Origin: Gammaproteobacteria bacterium
GTDB taxonomy: Bacteria > Pseudomonadota > Gammaproteobacteria > Steroidobacterales > Rariloculaceae
Length of the DNA stretch: 64,000 nucleotides
Assembly: GCA_035644475.1 (NCBI GenBank)
Contig: DASQOL010000004.1
Coordinates: forward strand, 1,288-65,287
Direction of reading: 5' to 3'
Positions 44,068-53,582 of this stretch are shown in pieces (the stretch's first letter is position 1; each line of letters starts with the position of its first letter). The position numbers were made by a program, and so were the translations under genes. The notes below the pieces were generated by a model that made no database searches, was not told where the DNA came from, and saw only the letters and a program-made list of their open reading frames with translations.

Positions 44068-46773
44068 TTATTCGTATCGCAGCACGGTCATCGGATCGAC
44101 GCGCGACGCGCGCCGGGCCGGAATGTAGGCCGCGCCGAGCATGACCGCCGTGAGCACGATGGCGGCGCCGGCGAGCGCGGCGGGGTCGGCAGTCCCAACG
44201 CCGAAGAGTAGGCCTTGCGCCGCGCGACCGAGCAAGACAACTGCGACGACGCCGAGCGCGAGACCCGTCACCGCCATCGTCGCCACTTGCCGAACCACCA
44301 TGCCGCGGATGCGGCTCGCCGGCGCACCGAGCGCGAAGCGCAAGCCGATCTCGCGCGACCGCTGCGCGACCGCGAACGCGAGCACGCCGTAGATGCCGAG
44401 CGCCGCCAGCACGGTGGCGAGCACGGCGAACGCCGAGGACATTCTCGCGACGAAGCGCTCCGTGCCGATGTTCTCGAGGAATTGCTGCTCCATCGTGGCG
44501 AGACGTGTGATCGCCAAGTTGGGATCGACTCGCACCACCGCCTCGCGAACGGCCTTCATCAAGTCCGCGGGCGGGCGAGCGCTTCGAACGTAGAACGTCA
44601 AACCGTGGGAGATCGGCCGAAACACGCGCGGCCCGATGTCGCCGGTGACCTTCCCGAACTGGGCGTCGGCGACCATCCCGACGATCTCGGCGTTGATATC
44701 GCCGATGCGCCGTCCGATCACGCTTCGGCCGAGGCCGAGACGCTCGGCGAAGCGCTGATTGACGATGGCCACCTGCTGCGACGTGTCCGCAGCGCTGAAA
44801 CCGCGGCCCGCGAGCAACCCGATGCCGAACATCTCGAAAAAATCGGAGCTGACGAAGTCCGTGGAAATGTCGAGCGGCTCCGTCTCGAGCCCTTCGACGG
44901 CAACCCTACCCTCCCACCCGCCGACCGAGAGCACGGGAACGGTCGACGAAGCCACGGAAGATACGCCCGGAATCGCCCGGAGCTCCTCGTCCAGTCGATC
45001 GAAGACTCTCGCCGACGCTTCCGGGGAATACCCCGTTGTCGCCAGCGGCGAGATGGAGAACATGACGACCGAGTCGACGTCGAGGCCGAGATCGATGTCC
45101 GCGATGTTCGCGAGGGTACGTGCGAAGACGCCGGTCATGGCGAGCAGCGCCATCGATAGCGCGATTTGCACCGTCGCGAGCGTCATGCGGAAGCGCATGA
45201 CGCCGTGGGACGACGTCTGCCTCGCGCCGTACGCCTGCAAGGCCTTGCCGGGCTCGGTGCGGATCAGGTCCCGAAGGGGAAAGAGGCCGAAGGCCAGGGC
45301 CGACACCACCGCCGCCCCGACTGCCACGAGCATCGCGGCCACGCCGAGCTCGACGTCGAACCCGGTCGTCGGTATGCCGGGGACTCCGCTTGCGATGCCG
45401 CGCAGCGTCAGCAACGCCACCGGCAGACTCAACAGCGCGGCCGGCAGCGCAAGCGCGAGCGATTCGGCGAGCAGCAGCGACGCGATGCGGTGGCGCGTTG
45501 CGCCCATCGACGCCCGCACCGCCATCTCGCCGCTGCGTGCCGCGCCTCGCACCATCATGAGCCCTGCCACGTTGGTGCAGCAGAGCAGCAGCACCGCGCC
45601 GCATACGGCCAACAGCATCTCGAGGCTGTTGCGCGCCGGAACGAGCGTGCGGCTGTGAGTCTGCCCGCGCGCCCCGGGCTCGAGCACGAGCGCTCTCGTA
45701 CGGAACGACTCGAGGTCGTGCTCGTCGACGTTGGTCAACAGAGGCGCTTCGACTTCGTCCACGATCGCGCGATACAGCGGATTGATCGCGGCCGCAGCTT
45801 CTTCACGACTGACGCCCGGCTCGAGGCGTGCGAAGAGATGGACCCAGTACAACAGGCGATTGTCGTGATTCGGGATCAGAGCTCCGGCGTCGCTCGTGAT
45901 CGGCACGAAAACGCTCGCATGTGAGGCGACGGTCGTTCCGTCAAATCCGGGCGGCGCCACGCCGACAATGGTGAGCGGTTTGCCATTGACGATCAGCGCG
46001 CGGCCGAGCACCGCCGGATCGCCACCCAATTCGCTCTGCCAATACGCATGAGCCAATACCACCGACTCGGCCAGCCCGTCGACGCGATCGTCCTCCGGCC
46101 CCAGCAGACGGCCGAGCACCGGTTGAAGTCCGAGCACCGAGAAATAGCTTCCCGAAACGAAGACGCCGGTGGCGAGACGCGCCCGCTCGCCGGTCGAGAG
46201 GCTCGCCTCGAAGAACCGATGCGCAGCCAGCTCGACGAGAGTCTCTTGCGCGCGCTCGAGGTCGCGGAACGTCGGGTAGCTGAAGACCGTGTCGGCCCCG
46301 CCGCTGACGGAGGACGCGGTACTGGCTTGAGACCGCCCGACGATCTTCGGCCCCGGATCGTTCAAATTCACGAGTCGGTCGGGATCGGCCACCGGCAACG
46401 GCCGCTGCAGAAGCTGCTGAAAGAGCGAGAAAAGCGCGACGTTGACGCCGATACCGAGCGCGAGCGTCAACACGGCCACGACCGTGAACGTCGGCTGCCG
46501 GCGCAGCGTTCTGAACGCATAGCCCGCATCGGCGATCAGTGTTTCGACAGGACCGAGCGCGAGCGTTGCACGCACGCGATCCTTCGTTTGCTCCACGCCG
46601 CCGAGCTCGATGCGTGCCGCTCGCCGCGCTTGCGCCTCGGTCATGCCGGCGCGCATCTTCTCCGCGGCGGAGCGCGCGATGTAGTCCGCAAGATCGGTAT
46701 CGAGCGCTCGCTCGAGCTCGTCGCGGCGGAACAGCCAGCGCACGAGCGCGCGAATGCGGTACAGGAAGGTCAT
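44068..46773 (-). CDS. ADOP-family duplicated orphan permease, tandem paralog (901 aa)
   Basis: Same leader (MTFLYRIRALVRWLFRRDELERALDTDLADYIARSAAEKMRAG...). It is collinear with the downstream paralog, and its start overlaps the PadR stop (ATGA). Confidence 0.9.
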   Translation of the reverse strand: MTFLYRIRALVRWLFRRDELERALDTDLADYIARSAAEKMRAGMTEAQARRAARIELGGVEQTKDRVRATLALGPVETLIADAGYAFRTLRRQPTFTVVAVLTLALGIGVNVALFSLFQQLLQRPLPVADPDRLVNLNDPGPKIVGRSQASTASSVSGGADTVFSYPTFRDLERAQETLVELAAHRFFEASLSTGERARLATGVFVSGSYFSVLGLQPVLGRLLGPEDDRVDGLAESVVLAHAYWQSELGGDPAVLGRALIVNGKPLTIVGVAPPGFDGTTVASHASVFVPITSDAGALIPNHDNRLLYWVHLFARLEPGVSREEAAAAINPLYRAIVDEVEAPLLTNVDEHDLESFRTRALVLEPGARGQTHSRTLVPARNSLEMLLAVCGAVLLLCCTNVAGLMMVRGAARSGEMAVRASMGATRHRIASLLLAESLALALPAALLSLPVALLTLRGIASGVPGIPTTGFDVELGVAAMLVAVGAAVVSALAFGLFPLRDLIRTEPGKALQAYGARQTSSHGVMRFRMTLATVQIALSMALLAMTGVFARTLANIADIDLGLDVDSVVMFSISPLATTGYSPEASARVFDRLDEELRAIPGVSSVASSTVPVLSVGGWEGRVAVEGLETEPLDISTDFVSSDFFEMFGIGLLAGRGFSAADTSQQVAIVNQRFAERLGLGRSVIGRRIGDINAEIVGMVADAQFGKVTGDIGPRVFRPISHGLTFYVRSARPPADLMKAVREAVVRVDPNLAITRLATMEQQFLENIGTERFVARMSSAFAVLATVLAALGIYGVLAFAVAQRSREIGLRFALGAPASRIRGMVVRQVATMAVTGLALGVVAVVLLGRAAQGLLFGVGTADPAALAGAAIVLTAVMLGAAYIPARRASRVDPMTVLRYE

Positions 46774-47123
46774 GTACCCTGCAGCACGCTGGCGATCGCG
46801 GCCGTGACTCGCTCCCAGCGCCGTTCCTCCGCCTCGAGATGCTTGCGCCCGGGCGCGGTGAGCGTGTAGTAACGCGCCTGGCGATTGTTCTCGCTCAAGC
46901 GCTCCTCGCAGCGCAGCTTGCCGTCGCGCTCGAGCGCGTACAGAGAAGGAAACAGCGAGCCGGGATTGATCTCGAAGGTGCCTTGCGTGAGCGACTTCAG
47001 CCGCTGCGCGATGCCGTAGCCGTGCAGCGGTTCGCGCCGGACGATGGTCAGAATCAGCAGCTCCAGCGTCCCCTGAGGGATGTTGAGTTTCCCGTCGATG
47101 CTTCCTTTAGGCTGCCTAGTCAT
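46770..47123 (-). CDS. PadR-family transcriptional regulator
   Basis: Sequence GTLELLILTIVRREPLHGYGIAQRLKSLTQGTFEINPGSLFPSLYALERDGKL is a canonical PadR winged helix. It is the first gene of the PadR-ADOP-ADOP operon. Confidence 0.9.
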   Translation of the reverse strand: MTRQPKGSIDGKLNIPQGTLELLILTIVRREPLHGYGIAQRLKSLTQGTFEINPGSLFPSLYALERDGKLRCEERLSENNRQARYYTLTAPGRKHLEAEERRWERVTAAIASVLQGT

Positions 47124-47283
47124 GCGCCGAGTATGCAGCGCTTGCTTTAGGTTGTCTATATGAAGGCTACTCGTGGCGGAGCGCTCCCATGGGCGCTATC
47201 CTCGACGCCGCGTGCCCGCACGTAGGTCGCTTCAACCACTAGCGCAGCCCACTCGACCGTCTTCGACTGCGAGCGCCACCATC

Positions 47284-48438
47284 GTGAATAACTCGTCATC
47301 TGCTGCTCCCACCAACAGTCGGATCGATGCGATCGACGCAGTGCGCGGAGTCGCCCTGTTTGGAGTGCTCGTCGTAAACGTCTTGACAGCGTTCCGCATC
47401 TCGCTATTCCAACAGTTCCTGCCGAACAGGTGGTCCAGCGCGGATAGCTTGGATGGAGTCGTCGAGAGGTTCGTGGACTTTGCTCTAGAGATGAAGTCGT
47501 TCTCTCTGTTTTCGATTCTGTTCGGGCTCGGCCTCGCAATGCAATTCGAGCGATTCGCTCGCGGTGGACGTCCGTTCTATCTTCTCACCCGGCGTTTAAT
47601 CGCGCTGCTCGTCTTCGGTGTCATACATCTGGCGCTGATCTGGAATGGTGACGTCCTGACGGAGTACGCACTCGCCGGACTTCTCGTGTTGCCATTGCTG
47701 CGGCTGAGCCAATCGTCGCTCGCGGCGGTCGCGGTCGGGATGCTGGCGCTGTATGCAGTAAACGCCGTGTCTCCGCTCATTCCATCACCAGATCCGGACG
47801 CGCTCGCCGAACACGTTGCCAACGCGAACAACGTGTACGCTCAGGGCTCCTTCGCCGAGATCTTGAGATTCAGCATCCGCGAAATCGAGCTCTTGGTTCC
47901 GCTGCATGTATCCGTGTTCCCACGGACCGTGGGACTCTTTGTCTTCGGTGCTTGGATCTGGCGGTGCGGCGTGATTCAGCACGCGCCGGACAACGCCGGC
48001 GTATTTGGCTGGGTCGCGGCGGTCGGGATTCTGGTGGGAGTGACGCTGACGCCGCGCGCAGCTGACCCGTTCCTGCAACGCCTCGCGCCCGTCGCGCTCG
48101 CCATCGGCTACGGGTCGCTGGTCGTTTGGATCGCGCAGTTCGAGGAAACCCGGCGACTCCTGGCGCCATTCGCTGCCGTAGGTCGAATGGCGTTCACCAA
48201 CTACATCCTCCACTCGGTCATTTTTGGCTTCATCTTTTTTGGCTATGGGCTCGGACGCTTTGGACAGATGGGGGCAGCATCGGCGTTGCTGTTGGTCGCG
48301 CTTGTCTATTCCTTCCAGGCTTTATTCAGCACCCTTTGGTTGCGCCGGTTCCGATTCGGGCCGCTGGAGTGGCTTTGGAGGAGCATCACGTACAACCGCA
48401 TCCAACCAATGAGAATCGAGAGGCCGCTCGTTCCCTAA
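47284..48438 (+). CDS. DUF418/YeiB-like membrane protein
   Basis: Sequence RIDAIDAVRGVALFGVLVVN...FSILFGLGLAMQ...FTNYILHSVI...GPLEWLWRSITY is the diagnostic C-terminal motif of the YeiB/DUF418 family. I chose the GTG start at 47284. G+C is visibly lower. Confidence 0.75.
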   Translation: MNNSSSAAPTNSRIDAIDAVRGVALFGVLVVNVLTAFRISLFQQFLPNRWSSADSLDGVVERFVDFALEMKSFSLFSILFGLGLAMQFERFARGGRPFYLLTRRLIALLVFGVIHLALIWNGDVLTEYALAGLLVLPLLRLSQSSLAAVAVGMLALYAVNAVSPLIPSPDPDALAEHVANANNVYAQGSFAEILRFSIREIELLVPLHVSVFPRTVGLFVFGAWIWRCGVIQHAPDNAGVFGWVAAVGILVGVTLTPRAADPFLQRLAPVALAIGYGSLVVWIAQFEETRRLLAPFAAVGRMAFTNYILHSVIFGFIFFGYGLGRFGQMGAASALLLVALVYSFQALFSTLWLRRFRFGPLEWLWRSITYNRIQPMRIERPLVP

Positions 48439-49787
48439 CGGACGCGGCCAATGGCTCGGCGCCAGGTCCAGTCGCACGCGAGGGCCATGAGCAAACTCAT
48501 CCCCACGAGAGGGAAGATGACGCCGCCCACGACGATGACGGCGCCGACAGCCCACACCGAGCGTCGGTCGGCCGGCGGCGCCGCCAGCCGGCCTTTGGGC
48601 CGGCGCTTCCACCACATCGTGGCGCCCGATAGAACCAGCACGACGATCGCGACACAGCCCGCCAACATCACGTAGCGGTTGGCCGCTCCGTATTCCTGAC
48701 CCTGATGCACCTGAATTCCCCACTCGATCGCTTTCGCGACGACGCCGTAGTCGCGGTAGCCGACGTCGCCCAGCACTTCGCCGTCTCGGCCGAGATAGAC
48801 CGTGCGCTCGCGGGTGACTTGATCGGGCGTGAAGCTGCCGACGTACGCGCCGCGCGGCCCCTCCGGCGGTTGAACATTGAACGGACGGCGCAGTCCGAGC
48901 GCTTCGAAGCGCGCAACTGCGGCGTCGATCCCGATGTCTTCGGTGCGGCCGCTGCGAGACTGCGGAACCGGCGCTCGGTCGACCGCCCACGGCATCGTCG
49001 CCCGAACCTCGTTGTCGGCGTGCGGCGCGTGGTTCATTCCGGGCATGGCTTCGGTGAGCATCCAGCCGGGCGTCACGTCGGCAGGCGGGGCAGGCATGTT
49101 GAGATTCGCGGCGGTCGCCCACTGTTGCACGTGGTCACCCCAAAACTTCGACCACGGCATTCCGGTGACCGCGAGAAAGAGGATCACCGCGGCGGAGAAC
49201 ACGCCGGTCACGGAATGTAGGTCTCGCCAAAATCTTCGCGTCCTGGGCGACCCGGCAACGGTCACGACGCCGCTGCCCTGCCCTCTCGGCCACCACAGGA
49301 ACACTCCGGTGCCGATCAGGACAATCCCCCAGCCGGCGGCGATCTCGATTAGCGAGCTCGCCCAGAAACCGAAGTACTGCAAGCTGTGCACTTTGCGGAT
49401 GAGCTGCATCGCGCCGCCGGCCGGCGTCGACCCGAGGAACCGGCCGTCATAGGGATCGGCGAACGCGGTGCGCGGCCCTCCGGACGCTACGCGGACGAGC
49501 AACCGCAGCGAGCGATCCGGCCGGTCCGGCAGCGTGACTTGCTCGACGCGTCCATCCAACGCGCGCTCGACGTCGAGCACGCTCGTGCTGATCGGGGCCG
49601 GCGAGCTCGCCCGTGCCGGCACGTCGATCATGTCGCGATAGAGCGCGTGGTCGATCTCCGGCTTGAACAGATACAGCGCGCCCGTGACGGCGAGCAGCAG
49701 CAAGAACGGCAGCACGCACAGGCCGGCGTAGAAATGCCAACGCCAGACGGCGCGATAGAGCGAGGATTGCGCGCTTGCGTCTTGCAT
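48435..49787 (-). CDS. PepSY-domain (PiuB-like) iron-regulated membrane protein
   Basis: Sequence LYRAVWRWHFYAGLCVLPFLLLLAVTGALYLF...FWRDLHSVTGVF...EWGIQVHQGQ is the typical PepSY_TM layout. ATG at 49787, downstream of the TonB receptor gene. Confidence 0.8.
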   Translation of the reverse strand: MQDASAQSSLYRAVWRWHFYAGLCVLPFLLLLAVTGALYLFKPEIDHALYRDMIDVPARASSPAPISTSVLDVERALDGRVEQVTLPDRPDRSLRLLVRVASGGPRTAFADPYDGRFLGSTPAGGAMQLIRKVHSLQYFGFWASSLIEIAAGWGIVLIGTGVFLWWPRGQGSGVVTVAGSPRTRRFWRDLHSVTGVFSAAVILFLAVTGMPWSKFWGDHVQQWATAANLNMPAPPADVTPGWMLTEAMPGMNHAPHADNEVRATMPWAVDRAPVPQSRSGRTEDIGIDAAVARFEALGLRRPFNVQPPEGPRGAYVGSFTPDQVTRERTVYLGRDGEVLGDVGYRDYGVVAKAIEWGIQVHQGQEYGAANRYVMLAGCVAIVVLVLSGATMWWKRRPKGRLAAPPADRRSVWAVGAVIVVGGVIFPLVGMSLLMALACDWTWRRAIGRVR

Positions 49788-49810
49788 GTCGAACCGCCGC
49801 CGAACCTCCC

Positions 49811-51859
49811 TCAGTGCATGTCGAGACGCACGCCCACCGCCGCGCTCAACGGAGTACCCCGGAGAGGCGGGCTGAAGCCGCTGTTGTCCGCCACGTAGTG
49901 CGCGTCGAACAGATTCTCGACATTCAGATAGACCTCGAGATTCGTCTTCAAGGTGCGACTGACCGCCACGTCGACGACGCTCTGGGCGTCCACGGGCAAC
50001 GCGTGATCGTTGTCGCCGTGAGACGCCTCGAGCCAGCGCCACTGCGACGTCACGCGCCACGCGCGCGGTTTCGCATAGGTAACCGCGACATTGGCGCGGC
50101 GGCGCGGCACGCCGGCGATTTGAAGGCCGACGCTGGCGGGATCGAGGGCGCTCTCCGTGATCACGGAGTCGGCGAACGTGAGCCCGAGAGCCGCGCTCCA
50201 TGCGTCGTTGATTTTCCAGTCGCCCTCGAGCTCCGCGCCGCGGCTCCGCGCCTTACCCGCGTTGATGTTGCGCGACCCGAAGAAGAACCCCGGCGGCAGC
50301 TCGCCGAATTCGAGGCTGCGCGAGGTGATCAGGTCCTCGATGTCGTCATGGAAGAGGGTCACGCGCAGCTGGAGCCGGTCGCCGCGCGCGTCCAAGCCGA
50401 TTTCCGCTCCCTTCAACGTTTCGGGCTCGAGCGCCGCGTTCGCGTAGAAGATGCCGGCCGGCACCGAAAACGCGCGATACAGATTGTCGAGGTTCGGCGC
50501 CCGGAACGCCGTATAGGCTGCGCCGCGTAGCGCCAAGCGCGGCGACAGCGCGTAGCGGATCGAGACGCGAGGATCGACGCTCTGATCCGACTTGTCGGGC
50601 GTGTTGCCGAGACCGCCGGGCGTGCCGTCGTAAGCATCGTAGTTCTCGAAGGTCTGGTAGCGCACGTTCACCAGGATCTCGAGCGGGTCGGCCGGACGCA
50701 GGCTCGCTTGGGCGAAAGCTCCCCAGAAGCGCTGCTTGCCTCTGCCGACGTCGAGCCGTTGGAGGGCGCCCGTCTCGTCGAAGATCTGGGCGTCGTCCTC
50801 GCCTCCGATCTGATGGTAGTCGACGCCGAGCTCCAGCGACCGCAACAGGTCATCGCCGAAGTTCTTGGACCAGACCACCGAGCTGCCGAAATCGTCGACG
50901 GGCGTATGGTGCAAGTTCTGCACGAACTCCGCCTCGTTCGCCGGAACGCCGGCGAACGCGCCGGTGTTGTAGGTCGTGAAGTGCGAGCTCGAGCCGAACA
51001 GTGTCAGCGCCAGGCCACCGCCTTCCGCGAGAGTTTTCGTGAGCGAACCGGAATAAGTCGACGCATGCTGATCGTTGTGACTGAGCTCGCTGATCAGCTG
51101 CTGATCCGTGTCGAAGTAGTCGAGCGCCACGTTGGCCTTGAGCGTGTCGCTCACGTCGAAATCGCCGCGCAACGTTGCGTTGTGCGCGGTGAAAGCGGTG
51201 GGCACGTTGACCGGTCCGAGATCGGGCGGCTCTACTTGCATGAAACCGTCCGTGTGGTTGGTCCCAACGCTGAAGCTCAGGCGCGAGCGTTCCGCCGCGA
51301 CCGTCGACCCGAACACGTTGACGCGGTACGTACCGTAGTTGCCCCCCTGACTGTCGAGCACGAGCTCCTTGCTCTCCGGAGCGCGCGTCAGGATGTTGAT
51401 CACGCCACCCATGGCGTAGTTGCCCCACAGCGCGGCGCCGCCGCCGCGAACGATCTCCACGCGATCGACATTCTCGAGCGGGACGCGGCTCCACTGCATG
51501 TAACCGAAGAACGGATCGTTGATCGGCACACCGTCGAGCATCACGAGCGCGCGAATCCCGCCGAGACCCCGCATCGAAACACTCGCCGCGGTCGGGTGCG
51601 CCTGGTTGGACGAAATGGTGGGCAGATCGACGGACGGCGTACGCGCCAGGACCCGGTCGAGGGTCTGCGCGGGGCTGTCCGCGATGTCCCGCGCGTCGAC
51701 GACGCTTACGCTCGCGGGTACGTCGCTGAGGCTTCGCGCCGATCGCGTCGCCGTGACGACGATTTCCTCCGAGGGGGCCGGATTGCCTACCTGCTGCGCG
51801 TGACCCAGTGCCGGCGCGATGAGGATGGAAATCGCCGCAGAAAGGAGCGTGCGAGTCAT
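49811..51859 (-). CDS. TonB-dependent outer-membrane receptor
   Basis: Signal peptide; TonB-box-like EEIVVTATR; plug motifs (SVSMRGLG, LVMLDGVP.ND, VDRVEIVRGGGAALWG); a long beta-barrel. The ATG at 51859 follows GGAGGA. Confidence 0.9.
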   Translation of the reverse strand: MTRTLLSAAISILIAPALGHAQQVGNPAPSEEIVVTATRSARSLSDVPASVSVVDARDIADSPAQTLDRVLARTPSVDLPTISSNQAHPTAASVSMRGLGGIRALVMLDGVPINDPFFGYMQWSRVPLENVDRVEIVRGGGAALWGNYAMGGVINILTRAPESKELVLDSQGGNYGTYRVNVFGSTVAAERSRLSFSVGTNHTDGFMQVEPPDLGPVNVPTAFTAHNATLRGDFDVSDTLKANVALDYFDTDQQLISELSHNDQHASTYSGSLTKTLAEGGGLALTLFGSSSHFTTYNTGAFAGVPANEAEFVQNLHHTPVDDFGSSVVWSKNFGDDLLRSLELGVDYHQIGGEDDAQIFDETGALQRLDVGRGKQRFWGAFAQASLRPADPLEILVNVRYQTFENYDAYDGTPGGLGNTPDKSDQSVDPRVSIRYALSPRLALRGAAYTAFRAPNLDNLYRAFSVPAGIFYANAALEPETLKGAEIGLDARGDRLQLRVTLFHDDIEDLITSRSLEFGELPPGFFFGSRNINAGKARSRGAELEGDWKINDAWSAALGLTFADSVITESALDPASVGLQIAGVPRRRANVAVTYAKPRAWRVTSQWRWLEASHGDNDHALPVDAQSVVDVAVSRTLKTNLEVYLNVENLFDAHYVADNSGFSPPLRGTPLSAAVGVRLDMH

Positions 51860-52024
51860 CGGGAAATCCTCCATGGACTCCCGACTTGGCAAGGCGGCAG
51901 GGAACGGGTGGTCCTCGAGGGATTCTAGGCACCTGCGCGACTCTTAGGGTGCGGCGTATTGCCGCACGCCGCCGGCGAGCGACCTGCTCTGGACCAACTG
52001 CCTCTCATTCGGTATACGGACGCC

Positions 52025-53578
52025 ATGCTCGCTCGCGTTCTGCTGATCGCCGTGACTTTCGGCGCCGCCGCCCCCGGCGCGGCGCAATCACTGCCGCGCA
52101 CGGCCGACGGCAAACCCGACTTGAGCGGCATCTGGCAAGTCCGCAACCGCGCATCCGACGACCTCGAGCTCCATGTCGCGCACGACGGCATGCCCGCCGG
52201 CGAAGGCGTGGTCGTCGCCGGCGAGATCCCGTACCTGCCTGCTGCCCTCGAGCAGAAGCGCAAGAACTTCGCCGCTCGCGCAACCGAGGATCCGTTCCGC
52301 AAGTGCTTCCTGCCCGGCGTGCCGCGGATCATGTACCTCGAGTACCCGTTCCAGATCTTCCAAACCCCCGAGCACGTCGCGATCACGTTCGAGTGGTCGC
52401 AGGTCTTTCGCCTCATCTACACGAACGGCCAGCCGATCAAGCACGAGGGCATCGAATCGTGGATGGGCGACTCGCGCGGCCGCTGGGACGGCGACGTGCT
52501 CGTGGTGGAGGTCACGGGCATGAACGATCGCACCTGGCTCGACGCGTCCGGCAATTTCCACAGCGAGGCGCTGAAGGTCACCGAGCGTTACAAGCTGCGC
52601 GACCCGAACACCATCGACTACGAGGCCACGCTCGACGACCCGAAGGTGTTCGCGCGGCCGTGGAAGGTCGCGATGGCCCTGCACCGCCAAACCGACGCGA
52701 CGCGGATCTTCGAGTACCAGTGCCAGGCCGAGGCCGAGGAAGCGAGCGGCGCCTTCGAGCCCGATCTCAAGACGTGGTATCCGGCCGCGCCGCCCGCCGG
52801 TAACGCGCCGTTCGACGCGCGCGGCGGCGCGGCGCTGCCGCCTCTCACCGTGCCGCGCGACATTCCGCGCCTGGCCGACGGCAAGCCGAAGCTCGAAGGC
52901 TGGTACCAGCCCGACGCCGGCGGCGCGAACTACGGCCTCGAGACGCGCGACCGCGATTTCCTCACGCCCGAGAGCCGCGGCATCGTCGTCGACCCGTCCG
53001 ACGGCTCGCTGCCGTACCAACGCTGGGCGCGCGCCGAGCGCGAGGACCGCGCGCGGCCGCACCGCGGCTACGAGGATCCCACGGCGCACTGCTTCGTCGC
53101 CGGCGTGCCGCGGTCGCAGTACGTGCCCGCGCCGGTGCAGATCCTCCAGCCGCCGGGCTACGTGGTGATGCTGTTCGAGCGGATGTCGTGGCGCGTGATT
53201 CCGCTCGACGGCCGCGCGCATCTGCCGGACCGCATCCGGCTATGGCAAGGCGACTCGGTCGGCCGCTGGGACGGCGACACGCTCGTCGTCGAGACGCGCA
53301 ACTCGAACGGCAAGGCATGGCTCAACGAGGTCGGCGACGTGATCACGCACGCGGCCACGGTCGTGGAGCGCTACACGCCGGTGTCCGCGAACCGCGTGAT
53401 CTACCGCGCGACGGTGTCGGACCCGATCGCCTACACTCGGCCGTGGACGATCGAGGTGCCGCTCGACGAGCAAGCCGACGAGCTGCTCGAGGTTGCGTGC
53501 CACGAGGACAACGGCGACCTGCAACACTTGCAGGACGTGAGGGACGAGTTCCGTGCCGCACAACGCCAGAGGAACTGA
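52025..53578 (+). CDS. Exported protein with internal tandem duplication of a ~240-aa domain, unknown function
   Basis: Signal peptide MLARVLLIAVTFGAAAPGAAQ. The two halves align: ADGKPDLSGIWQ...CFLPGVPR...GDSRGRWDGDVLVVEV...ERY...RPW, versus ADGKPKLEGWYQ...CFVAGVPR...GDSVGRWDGDTLVVET...ERY...RPW. Confidence 0.65.
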   Translation: MLARVLLIAVTFGAAAPGAAQSLPRTADGKPDLSGIWQVRNRASDDLELHVAHDGMPAGEGVVVAGEIPYLPAALEQKRKNFAARATEDPFRKCFLPGVPRIMYLEYPFQIFQTPEHVAITFEWSQVFRLIYTNGQPIKHEGIESWMGDSRGRWDGDVLVVEVTGMNDRTWLDASGNFHSEALKVTERYKLRDPNTIDYEATLDDPKVFARPWKVAMALHRQTDATRIFEYQCQAEAEEASGAFEPDLKTWYPAAPPAGNAPFDARGGAALPPLTVPRDIPRLADGKPKLEGWYQPDAGGANYGLETRDRDFLTPESRGIVVDPSDGSLPYQRWARAEREDRARPHRGYEDPTAHCFVAGVPRSQYVPAPVQILQPPGYVVMLFERMSWRVIPLDGRAHLPDRIRLWQGDSVGRWDGDTLVVETRNSNGKAWLNEVGDVITHAATVVERYTPVSANRVIYRATVSDPIAYTRPWTIEVPLDEQADELLEVACHEDNGDLQHLQDVRDEFRAAQRQRN

Positions 53579-53582
53579 TGTC

